Source: the human T2T-CHM13v2.0 reference genome, Homo sapiens. From it: DNA of 64,000 nt. Both the position numbers and the translations under genes were made by a program. How positions within the stretch are numbered: position 1 is the first letter of the stretch; each line of letters begins with the position of its first letter. This document shows, piece after piece, positions 28,173 to 40,960 of the stretch. Location: the NCBI RefSeq assembly GCF_009914755.1, contig NC_060928.1, one strand, 5' to 3'. Below the pieces are notes generated by a model. It searched no databases, was not told the DNA's origin, and worked only from the letters and a program-made list of their open reading frames with translations.

Positions 28173-29647
28173 AACTGCTATAGGTTTTTGCTTTGTGATA
28201 ATCATGAAGTTTACACAAAATATCTCATCTTTATAACAAGTTAAAATGATACTTTAATCTGATAACAAGTTAATTTTAAAGGAATATAAAAATGTTATAC
28301 TTTCATTCTCTTCCTACCTTTTATGATTTCGAAGTCAACATTTACAATTTTTTTTGTAATTTGTATCTGTTAACAATTTATAGTATTTATAGTTGTTTTC
28401 AATATTTTAATTTTTAACTTTCATAATTGGAATATGCCTTACATACCACCCTTACAGTTTAATAATTATGAATTTGACTATATATTACTTATACCATTGA
28501 GTTTTTTTAAATTTCACATTTGTTGTTGTTGTTCTTGTTAATTATCTGCCTTTTATTTTGGCTTAAAGAACTCCCTTTTGCAATTCTTGTACAGCAGGCC
28601 TAATGGTGATTAAATCTCTTCCCTTTTGTTTGGCAATGTTTTTATTTCTCCCTCACTTCTAAAGAACAGTTTTGCTGAGTTAAATGTTCTTCGTTACCAG
28701 GTTTATGGTTTTTGTTTGTTTGGTTGGTTTTTGTTTGTTTTGTTTTGTTTTGTTTTCTCAGCACTTTGAACATAACATGTCATTCTCCCCTGGCCTGTAG
28801 GGTGTCTGCTGAAAAATACAATGAAAGCTGTTTTGATGTGATTTATTTCCTATCTCTTGCTACTTTCAGTATTTTTTCTTTGTATTTGATTTTTGATAAA
28901 TTGATGATGATATGTCTTAAGTTTCTCTTTGGGTTAAATTTAATTGATAACCTTTAAGCTTCTTCCCTCAGATATGGGACACTTTCCATCATTATTTTTA
29001 AAAATATGCTTTCTAGATTTTTTTTCTCTATCTTCTCCTTTTTGCATTCTATTATGTGAATGTTAGTTCCATTGATAGTGTTCCATAATTCTCATAGGCC
29101 TTCATTTTATTTTCTTTCTTTTCTTTTTGCTTCTCTGAATAATTTCAACTGTCCTATCTTTGAGTGTACTGCTTCTTTTTCTGATTGATTAAGTCTGCTG
29201 TTGAAGCTATCTACTGATCTTTTTCACTTGGTTTTTGTACCCATTATCTCTAGAATTTCTATTTTTATTGTTTCTTTTTCTACGTCAAATGTTTCATATT
29301 GTTCATGAATTTTTTAAATTTTAATATTCTATCCATATTTTCTTATAGTCTTCGGAATTACTTTAAGTGAATTATTATGAATGCTTGCCAGTTATGTCAT
29401 AGATCTCCATTTTTTAGGTGCATTATTAGAATCTTATTGGTTTCTTTCGGTGATGTTATATTTTTCTGATTTTTCATAATCCTGTGTCCTTATGTTGATG
29501 CCTCTGCATATAAGAAGACATCCACCTCTTCTGGCATTTGAACATGTTCTTTGGTGATGATAAGCCTGTACTATTTGCCTGAAATTCTAGAGAGGCCAGG
29601 TGGTTGCACCTATGGACAGGCAAACTTTTGTACTGGGTTATCTAGGT

Positions 29648-29828
29648 TATCTATATATAAGATTATGTAATCAGCAAATAGAGACACGTTTATTTTTCCT
29701 TTTCTATTAGGATCATTTTTATTTCTTTCTCATCTAATTGCTCCAGCTAGGACTTCCAATACTTTGTTGAAGAGAAGTAGTGAGAGTGGGCATTCTTGCC
29801 TTGTCCCTGATCTTAAAGGAAAAGCTAT
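29648..29828 (-). mobile_element. Isolated internal L1 ORF2 (RT-region) fragment inserted in the L1 5' region
   Basis: tatataagattatgtaatcagcaaatagagac...gagagtgggcattcttgccttgtccctgatcttaaaggaaaagct; flanked by 15-bp direct repeat ctgggttatctaggt. Confidence 0.85.
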
Positions 29829-32800
29829 CTGGGTTATCTAGGTGGGATGGGTTGCTTCCAGTGTTCTGAGGTTGAACGGTACTTCTGACTGTGCTCTGTG
29901 GTTCAGTGTGACTGCTGGATGGATTCCGTTGTCAGGAGCAGCTTTTGGCTGAGTTCTGTGATCATCTCTAACTGGGAAGGGTTGCAGGTTGTCTTCCCTG
30001 TCTGAGTGATACTGTTGATTGACATCTGTAGCTGGGCAGGGCCGAATGCTTGGCTCTATGGCTGAGTAAGATCTCTGGGGTTCCTGCTCAGGAAAACAGG
30101 GTGAACAAGGCCAGAGGGCATGTTCCACAGATATGCATTGGTTTGGGGATGCGTTCTGGCCTAGGGTAGACTTATGTAGAAAACAAAGGCCTGGGGGAGT
30201 TGCCATTCAGCAGCTGGGGTTGGGCAAAGCCAGATACTTCCTTCACAGATAATCACTCACCTTCAGTTCCTTCCCAGACTTGGGAGGACTAAGCAAGAGC
30301 ACTGGGGTTGTGTAGAAAAGATGGCTAAGGCCTCAAGCTTGGGAGATCTGTGGACCATCCCCCCATAGTATGATGCTGTTGGCTATTCTCTTTGGTCTGG
30401 CACCTCCATAGGCCAGGCTGCAGAACAATAACCAAGATCTGCACACTGATTGCTGTGAGCTCCATCCCCATTCTTTGTGTCTAACCAACCCCAGGTGGTC
30501 TAGCCCTACTGGTACTCCCAGTATTTCCTATGAGACAATACAGGAATGAGCTCTGGCAAAGGATTCTAGAATGGTGAGGAAGCTATAATAAATATACACC
30601 TCCTATTCACTTTTTCCACTATAGAAACTGAATCCAGGGAATTTTTCTGTGTGTGGCACTGTGCCAGTTTGGGGAAGGGCTGTGTTGTCAAAGAAAACTG
30701 TTCCTCCTACCCCACAGATGTGCTTTTCTCAGTTCTTTTTTTTTCTCAAGGACATAGCTTAGACTCACTTTCAAATTCTGGGATATTCACAAAGGTATTA
30801 TTGCCTATGGATAGTTGCTAATTAGATTTCTGCGAGGGAAGGGTAGAGCCCGATGACTTATCTGCCATCTTGCTAATGTCATTAAAAATTATTATTTAGA
30901 TTGTATTCTACTTTAAAAACAAATATATGTTGCAGAAATTTTTAGGTGATATTCTCCTTAAAATCATGGAAATCCCAAAATAAAACATGTTTTACAAGTA
31001 TGAGTACTGTATATATATGTATATGCAAGGCACTATATATTCTAGATTGTTTCTCAGCAAGCCATTACTTTATAAAATTTATTTTTTCTGACCATTTAAC
31101 TGTATAATGTGAACTATTTGATTATTACAACCCTATAAGACTAATTAATATGTGTAGGGAAGGCTCATTTAAAATAAAGTTAGGCAATATGCTTAGATTG
31201 CCTCTCTTTTAAACATAGGCTCTATTAGAAAGACAACTTTATTTTTTAAATATAAATGTGATGTTGTCATATGCCTACCTTTATGACTTATCAAAGATTC
31301 AAGTGTTCCAATTGTTTTATTCTTGTAAGAGTTTAATTAAAATGCTAAATGCAAGAGCAAATTCTGTAGTGTCATAATTCTTAATTATTCTATATCATTA
31401 ATTGGGGAAAAAATACAAATGGGAAATTTCAGGGTTTTTTTATTACACTGATGATATATATAGAAAATGTACCTCTGAATATAGTAATTGTCATTGAAAA
31501 GTATCATTAGTTAAATTTAATAGCATTTATTAAGCTTCCTAGATTAAAACCTTGGAAGTTAATAAACAATTCTTCTACAATATCTACTTCTAAATCACAG
31601 GTTTTCATGAATATATCATCAAAAAATCTGACAATTTTTCATTCATTGGTAATTTTTCTCATAAATGGAGCACATGAATCCAGTAATGAGTGTTAAAATA
31701 ATATTAGTTATATCTTATTTTATATCAATGCCAACAGGCTTGAAGTTGAGAGTTTGACAGTTTTCCTCTGAAAGTTCTGTTGCTAAGGTGTGTGCCTATC
31801 TCTGCCAAAACCTAACATTTATCATCTATTTTCTTTGTTGTTTATTAAAATTTTAATTTCTAAACTTTTAAGCTGTACATATGCTTTTTTGGCTATTTAA
31901 AATTTCTATATTTTGTATATATGTAATTTATACAACCAAAAGATGGCAGTACTTCATCAACTATTCTTTAACTATAGTTCTTAATATTTATTTTTATGAA
32001 GTCAAAATCTGCTGGGTGTAATTTTTATATTTCAAAAGTAAAACTATATTTCATTTCAACAGCTGTTCAATAAATGTTTTAATTTTTGAGCTCTAAATCA
32101 TGATAGATTTCCTTTAGAAAAAAAAAATATATATGTAAAATAAAGCCCCATAATAATTTCAAATGGGTGTCTCTGAGTGGATATTTTAAAGTGTTTTCTC
32201 TAGCACTTCTCTTGGATTTATTTGATTCGTTGTGTATGAATCTCACCGAAGACAGCTCCTGAAGGTCTATGGAGGTACCTTTCTACTAATACAATGATCT
32301 TGATTTCATTTCTAAAAAATTGAAGCCTGTATTGGTGCTTTCAAATGTACCAAAGTGAGGCTGAATTTTTATCTATTACTTCAAGAGTTTTGACTATAAC
32401 TCTAACAAAGAAAGTACACAGGTGTTTCTAATTAATATGCCATCAGTGTAATGAAAGGGATTTTTATGTTTAAATACAGCAGTACTGAAAGTCCACTGAA
32501 TTTTTCATCGTATAATGATAATTCACTGAAAATTTTTATTTTTCTTGCTGCCTGTTATATTAAAAACTAGTTTTCCCTGGCAATCTTTATCATCTTTCCT
32601 ACCTCTTCTAGAACCAAAATATCACAATAATCAATTTTAGTGCTTTAACATTTTAGTGCTTTAATTTAAATCACAAGTGATTTAAGCTCTTCATAACTAT
32701 GTATAATTTTATTATCTAATCTCTAATGCCATGTCTTATAAGAAATTTGGCCAATAATTTTATTACCATGTGATTTAGCATGGAAGGACAAACTCCAAAT

Positions 32801-32839
32801 ATTTTGTATATTTTTAAGCTTCTTAGTGACCACCATAGC

Positions 32840-33333
32840 CGTAATATTCCGGTCAACTTGTCTAAATTTTAGATAGTTTTTTTTTCCTAAGTATACGTCC
32901 CTGACTTTTCTTTTCTTATTTAGTTTATTAAATTTGGAATTCTAAGTTCTTGCTCTGTTCTTTTGAGATGTAAGTTTTCTCCCAGCCTTTTGCCAGTTTT
33001 ACAACCCAAGAATGTCTTCCCATGGATCTGGGAACCAACATTTTGAAATGTAACCATCAAGGAAGACAGAGCCCCTATCTTCCAGTCTGTAGTAAGATAA
33101 GAGTCAGACTTAAATAAGTGCCAATGAGGCTATACAAGTGGACCAATCCTGTCAGCTCCCTCTCCCTAATGTCGTCTAATGCTTTTTCATTAGCCCACCC
33201 CAGTGCTTAAATCTCTCCCACCTTTTGCTTCAGTAGAGTTGAGTTTGATTTGTCTCTCTTACTGCAATAGTCTTGACCTTTATTGCAATAGCCTTAAAGT
33301 CTTCTTGTCTTTTTAACTCTGTCCAGTGCAATT
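32840..33333 (+). mobile_element. ERV1 solo LTR (MER67-like)
   Basis: ttttgagatgtaagttttctcccagccttttgccagttttacaacccaagaatgtc...gagttgagtttgatttgtctctcttactgcaatagtcttga; subfamily uncertain. Confidence 0.7.
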
Positions 33334-33749
33334 TGGGGAGTGTGGGGGTGGCTCCATTACTTTGTACTGTTGAAATTGCTGGAAGAAAACATGCCACAAA
33401 AGTATCCCAGTGATTTTATTTTTTTTCAGTGCTTCTGAGACAGAAGAAACTAAAGCTCATCTTTTCTTCTTCGTGTTTTTTTCTTATAAAAAACAAAATC
33501 CTTCTTACTAATTGAATATGAGCAGTTTCAAGAGAATGTTAAGATAGGATCTTGGTTGCTCTTGACAGTGGTGTCTATTTTTTCACCTTGTTTCTCAACT
33601 TCTTCCATAACTTCATGGCATTGTCTTTCATCAGGAAGTCAGGGTGAAGATTGGCAACTCTTATTGGGGAAAACTGCATTATATAACAAAATCTTTTCTG
33701 AACTTAGGTAAGTGGCACTGATAAGAAAGGTATTACATGGACAGGCCAG

Positions 33750-33930
33750 TCACAAACAGAAACATTCAAGTTTTGTGAAGTCCAAATCTATAATCTGGGA
33801 ATCCTCATTATGGAAAATAATACAACATTTTGAATATAAAAATTATTGGTGCTACACGCAGGGCCTTCAAATGGGCCTAGATAAATGAGGTTCCCTGCAA
33901 TTTAGGCTGCACTATCTCCTACATAATCCT
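33750..33930 (+). mobile_element. MER53-like hAT MITE
   Basis: ttttgtgaagtccaaatctataatctgggaatcctc...cagggccttcaaatgggcc...gaggttccctgcaatttaggctgcact. Confidence 0.55.
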
Positions 33931-36741
33931 GGAATGCAACTACTTAAATTAATCAGTGGTAGGATTAGAATACCAGGAAAAACACACATGCATGCGAGCA
34001 CACACACTCACAAACACACAGGAAATGGATGACTCTGTAGTAAGCAGTTGATCTAGAGCCTAAGCCAGAATTCAGAATTAACAGAATCCCTGGGTAGGAT
34101 GTAAATTAAATTCATAATTCAGAACCCAAAGCAGATCTCAGAGCAAAGCAGGTGAAAGATGTGAGATAAAAACAATTACCAAGATTCACGTCAAATAATC
34201 AATGTATTTCATTTTCGGTCCATTCTTTTGAGTATTTTCCTAGGCAATGACTATTTTATAGTTGGGGTAAGTTCAGGAAACAGGTTTGATCTGATTAAAT
34301 ACTTATAAATACCTAACAAAAGTATGAACATGTATATAAGTACGATGAACATATAAGAATACGTTTATATGTGTGTATTGTGTGTGTGTATAAGTATATA
34401 TACTAAATAATTTTCCTGGGTCGACTCTCTCCCATCCAAGAGCACAGGAGACGCACTATGCTTCTTTGTTCTTTTCTGTCTCATCCTCTTTAATCACAGG
34501 ACAGTGGGAACAGGGACAAGGAAGACTTTGCCAGGGTCCTGCTTTTGCTTTTGTTTTCTGTTTGTTTTTAAGTTTTGAGAGACATTGATAGGAAGTTTGG
34601 GGTGGAAGATGAGTAAAAGATGAACAAAAATAATCAGCGTTTGTAAGTGAGCACAGAGATAATCGAAACAGCCAACATGGGCTTTTTAATCAAATATGTG
34701 CTCCTTGGAAAGACTCATTTTTATATATTAAAGCTCTTTGTCATACTATTTATTTTTACTTAGACAAAAACTTTTGAGCTCCTTATTGAAAATATTAATA
34801 TCTAATTTTTTAAAAAAATTATAAACTGGAACTCAGAGAGTGTGTATAAATGTAAAAAGAGAGAACTAAGTTAAGTATCTAAGATGGATTTGGAGGGTAA
34901 GTTCTCTGACTGCCCTTCCTCAGCTTCTGACTTCATTTTGCCTCCCTCACAATTACAACATTAAATTAACACTTTTCATTTCTCACTATGCATTGAGATA
35001 CAGTACTCTGTTGATACAAAAGGTAAGAGTAACCTAATCCAGTATCAAAATCAGGAGGGAATTCTGGATTTGGTTTTAGCTATATATGTGTTGCTTTTCT
35101 CTTTCTAAAAAAGTAAGAATAGTGGCCTTTTTACTTCATGGAACAGTGTAGAGACGTTACTATGTCTTCGGAGATTGATAAAGGATCTATAAAAATTAAT
35201 ACCCCCTTAGGTGCATAATAACTGAGTAAAGGATTTTTTCACACAATTAGTCTTAAGGTAATCAATTTTCAGATTCTCAACTTTCACATAGGCTATTTTC
35301 AAAAGTCAATCTAAGAGTGCAGTGGTGCAGTGCTGTGATGGAGATGCAACTTCCCCTTGCTCATCTTTCTTCCTTAACTTTGAAAACACACACACACATA
35401 CAAACACATATACATATATACATCTCTCACCACACCGTAAAGCATTTTTGTAGTCATAAATGTGTCTCCATATCATCAAACAGAGGAATGTTTGGATATA
35501 TGGTCTAGGCAAAGAGGCTCTTGCAAGTCAGATCGTTTCCAAGTGTTTACTCTCAATAAGTCAAGGAGGTCCTAATTAAATCATCAGCAGACATTCTATA
35601 CAATGGAAATTTCATATGAACTAAACAAGTGAATGGGGCACATAATTATACATAATTATTTCTTCGGAAGATTCATGCATCAAAAATCAAAGAACTCTGG
35701 TTCTTGCAACCATGATAGAGGCATAAGGAACGGGTATAATCCAGTGTTTATAACAGCTAGCACATGAACGTCTGATAGCACAAACAATATGTTAGTATGT
35801 AAAAATGCCATTTCTAAAAAGTTTGTTGGAGCTTTTTATTTATTTTTTTTAAAATGATGTTAGGAGATCCTTCCAATCTGGTAGTAGATATTTTTATAGA
35901 CCCTTACGCCCACCCATATTTTTTATGAAATGATGAAACTCCTTTCTAGACTTTCTTCCTTCTAATAAAGGAAATTTGAGAGCAGAAAGGAAATGTGATT
36001 AACTTCCACCAACCAGGCACAAGGGAAAATAGTTATGAAAATGAGTGACAACATTAATGATTTAATTTGCTTAGAATTTTTCAATGTACTTTGTTTCTAG
36101 AAATTATTTCAGCTTAGACATGGGAATGTATGTCTTGACTGTAATTACTCATGATATTTATTATAGATTTTTAAAATTTTGGTATTTTTTCCCTCCAGCT
36201 AAATTTGGCCTTCAGATCACATTAACCTGTCTTAAGCAGATTGTAGACATGGTTAAAGTATAATTCTTGGGATCAGGGTCATTGCCAAAATGAGGTGAGT
36301 TGCTTGCCTGGACCACTTACCCAGTGTAAGTGGCTGCCAAAAGAATTGTACTTGAAATGAGGCCATGTTCACAGAATTCCCACAGACTTCTTAGAGTAAT
36401 GTAATTTTAATTTTAATGTTCTTCAGAAAAGAAGCTAAAAGGATCAGTGCCCTGTAACTATTCCAAAGTTCCAATGTTAGCACACTACTGCTAAAAGCAC
36501 ACTGGACGTGAAGTGGACCTTGTTTGGAAGTGATTAGAGGGCAGGTTTTAGAAGTAAAGATGTAATCATGTCATTTGCCTTAAAAAAAAAATCCTGTGCC
36601 AGAATCTTACTATTTCTTGGACAAAATACAAAGGCTTTATTTAGCATTCAAGAAGTTGGAGACTTGAACGGGCATGTCCTTGCCCAACATTGCAATCTCA
36701 AGTTTCACTGTCTTTCCTCTTGGTCATTTTAGTGGACTTTA

Positions 36742-37003
36742 ACATTTTTAGATTAATGTATAATAGTTGTACATATTTCGGGGTACATGTGATCTTTTGA
36801 TACCTGTTTACAATGTGTAATGGGGATATCCATCATCTCAAATATTTATCTTCCCTTTGTGTTGAGAACATTACAAATCTATTCTGGCTATTTTGAAATA
36901 TGCAACAAATTATTGTTATGTCTAATTTCTCTATTGTGTTATTAAATATTAGAACTGATTCCTCATCTAAACATATTTTTTTTGTATCTCTTAACCAACT
37001 TCA
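36742..37003 (-). mobile_element. L1MA6/7-like 3'UTR fragment inserted in an L2
   Basis: ataatagttgtacatatttcggggtacatgtgatcttttgatac...ggatatccatcatctcaaatatttatc. Confidence 0.85.
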
Positions 37004-37229
37004 TTACTGGCCATTTTAGCTCCTTTCTGGTCTTTGCCATATGCTCATATTCCCCAGGACCTTCAAGTAGACAGCTTCCTCAGCCGGAAATATTCTAAAA
37101 TGATTTTGAATTAGTCCTCACATTAGTGACATTTCTTCAGAAAGCCTTCCTGTAATCTAGGTTTGTTTGCATTTGTTTTTGGATCCTAAAGCCTTTTTAT
37201 GAGGATGAGGGAGTAAAGGGATGAGAACT

Positions 37230-37410
37230 TGGCAACTAATGTTTATGGAGCTCTGACTATATGTCAGGCATTCATTAACTCTTTTAGTCATTACAACAAC
37301 CACTTGAGGTTGATGCCACCATATTATAATCTCAATTTTCAAACTAACTATTAGACCTTGCTTGTACTAACTGGTCCAAAGTGACAAATCTAGTAAGCGG
37401 CAAGTAATTA
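37230..37410 (-). mobile_element. MIR within L2 remnants (about 36560-37545)
   Basis: ctaatgtttatggagctctgactatatgtcaggca...acaacaaccacttgaggt...ccaaagtgacaaatctagtaagcggca. Confidence 0.65.
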
Positions 37411-39757
37411 CTTCATGCCTATGTGTCTTTCTTACTAATCCTTTACCTCTGAGAGAGCAGTGGCTAGTGTCTGTCTTCCTTATCTTTGTGTATATCTTGA
37501 GGCTTGGTAGAGCAGATAATTAATAAACATTCATTAAATGATAGAATTAGGCAGATAACATGATGGTGAGATAGCTTTTTTATGCATATCATAAAGAGTG
37601 TCATGAAATATTGAAAAACTTTCTGGTGAGAATTTCACATTTGTATTTGGTTTGAATTAGAACAAATAAAAAAAGATGTGTGTTTACCTGAGGAAGCTGT
37701 CAATGTAGCTCAATCCCAAAGAGTAGTAATTGAATACATGATTCTTAGAAAGGTAGTTGTGTGAAATAGGTGAGATAGTACTTATAACATTGTTGGTGGG
37801 GTTAATTATTAGCCTTGCTTTGTTGACACTACTAGATTAAAAAAATGTAACAAAAACTTCTAAAAGTATCCTTCTATTAATAATATAGGTAATCTTGTTA
37901 GGTTTTCTAATTTGCTTTAATTGAATATTTTTGTTGCATAAGAAATAAACAAAACAATATTGTCATAATAATCACAGTCATTATGGAGAAAGCAGAAAAT
38001 ACAGACAAGCAGTAATAAATAAAGTGGTGACTGGACACAATGCAAGCATATAACCACTGTTGAAATTTGGCTGTATTTATTTTCCTGTTATCTAATAGGC
38101 AGATTGAATTACCATAAATGTGGTGTTTGAATCAGCCTGTTTATTTGGGAGGCCCAAACAACCTGAAATCTATTTCAAAATTGTATGCCTGGAAATATTG
38201 CAGCAGCAAAGGTTGATGGTTTGTATCAGCATTTCCTGGAGATTTATTTGAAAACAAATGTTAAGAACTAATTCTTTATCAATGCCAATGTCAAGGCAAT
38301 AGACTTCTGGGTATGTTTTGTGCTTGGCTAATGTTAAAGAGAGGAAGTGGAAAAATGTATTTTTTTCATGTACAATTTTCTAAACAATGAAATTTTCATA
38401 ATATTTTATTTACTATTGATGGCTGGATTAAATACTAATAGTCTAATAGACTCTTTCAATTTGAAATTAGTTAATCATTAGCATCTTTACTTGATTACTA
38501 CTACTATTATAGGTTTTTTGACACCATGTAGACATATTAAACTATATATATTTTATCTCTCTCTATATATAGATAGATATATTCGTTTGACAGTTTATTT
38601 TTAATGCCTGAAAGTTATGCTATGATTCTATTGTAGTTTGATGGCGAAGTATTTGTAGTCAGTTGTGCATTTTCTTCCAAATGCTTTTTAACATTTTTAG
38701 CTGAAAATTTATTTTCTTAGGATACCGAATTTCATTGTCGGAACAATTTTTCTCCCATTTTGTAGAATGTCAATAAAGTCTAGACTTCTGTAGGAATTCT
38801 AGTTTGCAATCAGAGTTACCTTTCTACCATATAGCAGCAAAAGCTCTCCTTCAAGCAATTTAGAAAGGCATTTCAAGACAACAGGCAGCAAGATAGTTTC
38901 TCTCAGTATAGGCAGTATTCTATTGGTAAGTGATTTATAAGGCTGTGCATCTACACAAGTGCTCAATACATCTATGTGGAGTTTCTAATTTGTTCTGCAG
39001 ACCCAGAAGTATAGTCATACTACAAAGTGTAAAACATCTATTTTCAAATTTCTAATAAATGAAAAGTCAAGGACTAAACAGTAAGACATGTACATTAAAG
39101 AACATTGAATACAATTAAAATTGATATGAATAGTAACTTTTCCCAATTTTATTTTGAAAATATAAAACTGCATTGATAATGTTTTTAAAAAATTATCTTT
39201 AACAGATGATTAAAAATTATATTATATTAATTCTTTAAGAAAATATTTTTAAATGATAGCAAATTAATTATATAGTTTCCAGCTTTCCAGGCAACTGGAA
39301 TTGTGTGAAATGTGGGAGAAAAAAGGTAAGTAGTTGAACAATACTAATTGAACAAAGCATTTTTGAGGTCTCTGAATAGAGGAAGCAATATAACATGATA
39401 ATTAAAATAAAACTGACAAAATAGGTCTGGAAAAAATCCCGGAGGTCTTTGTGTTTCCTTATGTATTTTCCTTTATATATTTTAAATTTTTATGTATGAT
39501 TTTTTCTTTATTAGAAAATATTCAAACAAAAATATACAAAATAATATAAAACCACTGTGTTTTTGTATTATTTTGGAATTTTTTAAGTAAAAGAAACAGG
39601 ATAAAATATATAAATTTGAAGCTCCCCTTCCTTTCCCTTATATTATACAGAACCAACCAATAATAAAAATGAAATTCCAATTGTTGATGCTATTACTAGA
39701 TAGGAATGTATCTATAAGCAATATATATTGTTGATTGCACATGTTTGATTTTTTTGA

Positions 39758-40070
39758 ATTTTTTTTTTTCAGAAATGGAGTTTCTGTCACTCAGGCTGGA
39801 GTGCAATGACACGATCATAGCACACTTCCACCTTTAACTCCTGGGCTCTAGAGGTTCTCTCGCCTCAACCTCCTGAGTAGCTGGGACTGCAGACAGGCTC
39901 CACCATCCTCAACTATTTATTTTTATTTTTATTTTTATTTTTATTTTTACTTTTGAGTTATGGGTCTTGTTTGTTGCTCAGGTGGGTCTCGAACTCTTGG
40001 CTTAAAGTGAACCTTCCACCTTGGCCTCCCAAAGTACTGGGATTATACACGTGAGCCACGAAATGGGGCC
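39758..40070 (-). mobile_element. AluJ
   Basis: J-type gatcatagc and ctcctgggctc; expanded (TTTTTA)n middle tract; TSD atgttt(g/c)atttt at 39741-52 and 40072-83. Confidence 0.93.
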
Positions 40071-40667
40071 AATGTTTCATTTTTATGTCAAAGTTCTGAT
40101 ATTATAATTTTGCAGTTTAATTTTACTTTTAATAAGTTAAGTTCTAGGTCTGTTTATATTGCTATAAATAGATCTAATTTTTACAATTTCATTTGGTTCA
40201 TAGTGTTTGATAGCATAAATAGATAACCATGAATTCATACAATTTTTTCCTGCTACTCATCGATGATATATACGTTTTTAAGTTTACAAATAACAAGGCA
40301 AGGTCTTGTCTCTGCCTCCTGAGTACTTATGTACAAGTGTTTCTCTGGAGCTTGATGCCTATTTGCTGATTCAAACTTTATAATCTTTTTTCTTTTTTAG
40401 CTTTATTAGCTGCTGGAAAACTGATTTTGAAAGCTGGACACATGTTTAGTCTAATCAGCAACATAAGAGCATTCTTGACTCTGAGCATTACCAAAGGAAA
40501 TACCAGGTAATGTCAAAGCTTTTTGTTTTGTTTTGTTTTTAAATTTTATATTAAATGGGTAACTCTTACTGTGACATTTAACTTAAATTTTGAAGCAGAC
40601 AAATGTATTAATCATTTAATATAAATGTTCTTATTTTGTCATATATGTGGAATTTTTTCTACCCAAC

Positions 40668-40960
40668 GGCTCAACATAGTATTCTGTGTCTGTAATCCCA
40701 GCACTTTGGGAGGCCTAGGTTTGTGGATTACTTGAGGTCAGGAGTTTGAGACCAGCCTGGCCAACATGGAAAAGCCTAATGTGTACTAAAAATCCAAAAA
40801 GTAATCAGACACACACCTCTAATCCCAGCTACTGAGGAGGCTGACGCATGAGAATAGCTTGAACCCAGGAGGCGGAGGTTTCAGTAAGCCGAGATGATGC
40901 CACTGCACTCCAGCCTGGGCGACAGAGAGAGACTCTGTCTCAAAAACAAACAAACAAAAA
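40668..40960 (+). mobile_element. Alu (diverged S/J-type)
   Basis: tgtaatcccagcactttgggagg...gactctgtctc with (CAAA)n tail. Confidence 0.94.

Larger units (their letters stand above)
27935..30883 (-). mobile_element. L1M3-like LINE-1 5' portion (5'UTR, ORF1, first codons of ORF2)
   Basis: Minus-strand ORF2 start MAVASPYLSIITLNVNRLNTPIK from 28023; 5' terminus tctgccatcttgctaatgtca containing the L1 YY1-type caagatgg motif (30864-30872). Confidence 0.85.
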
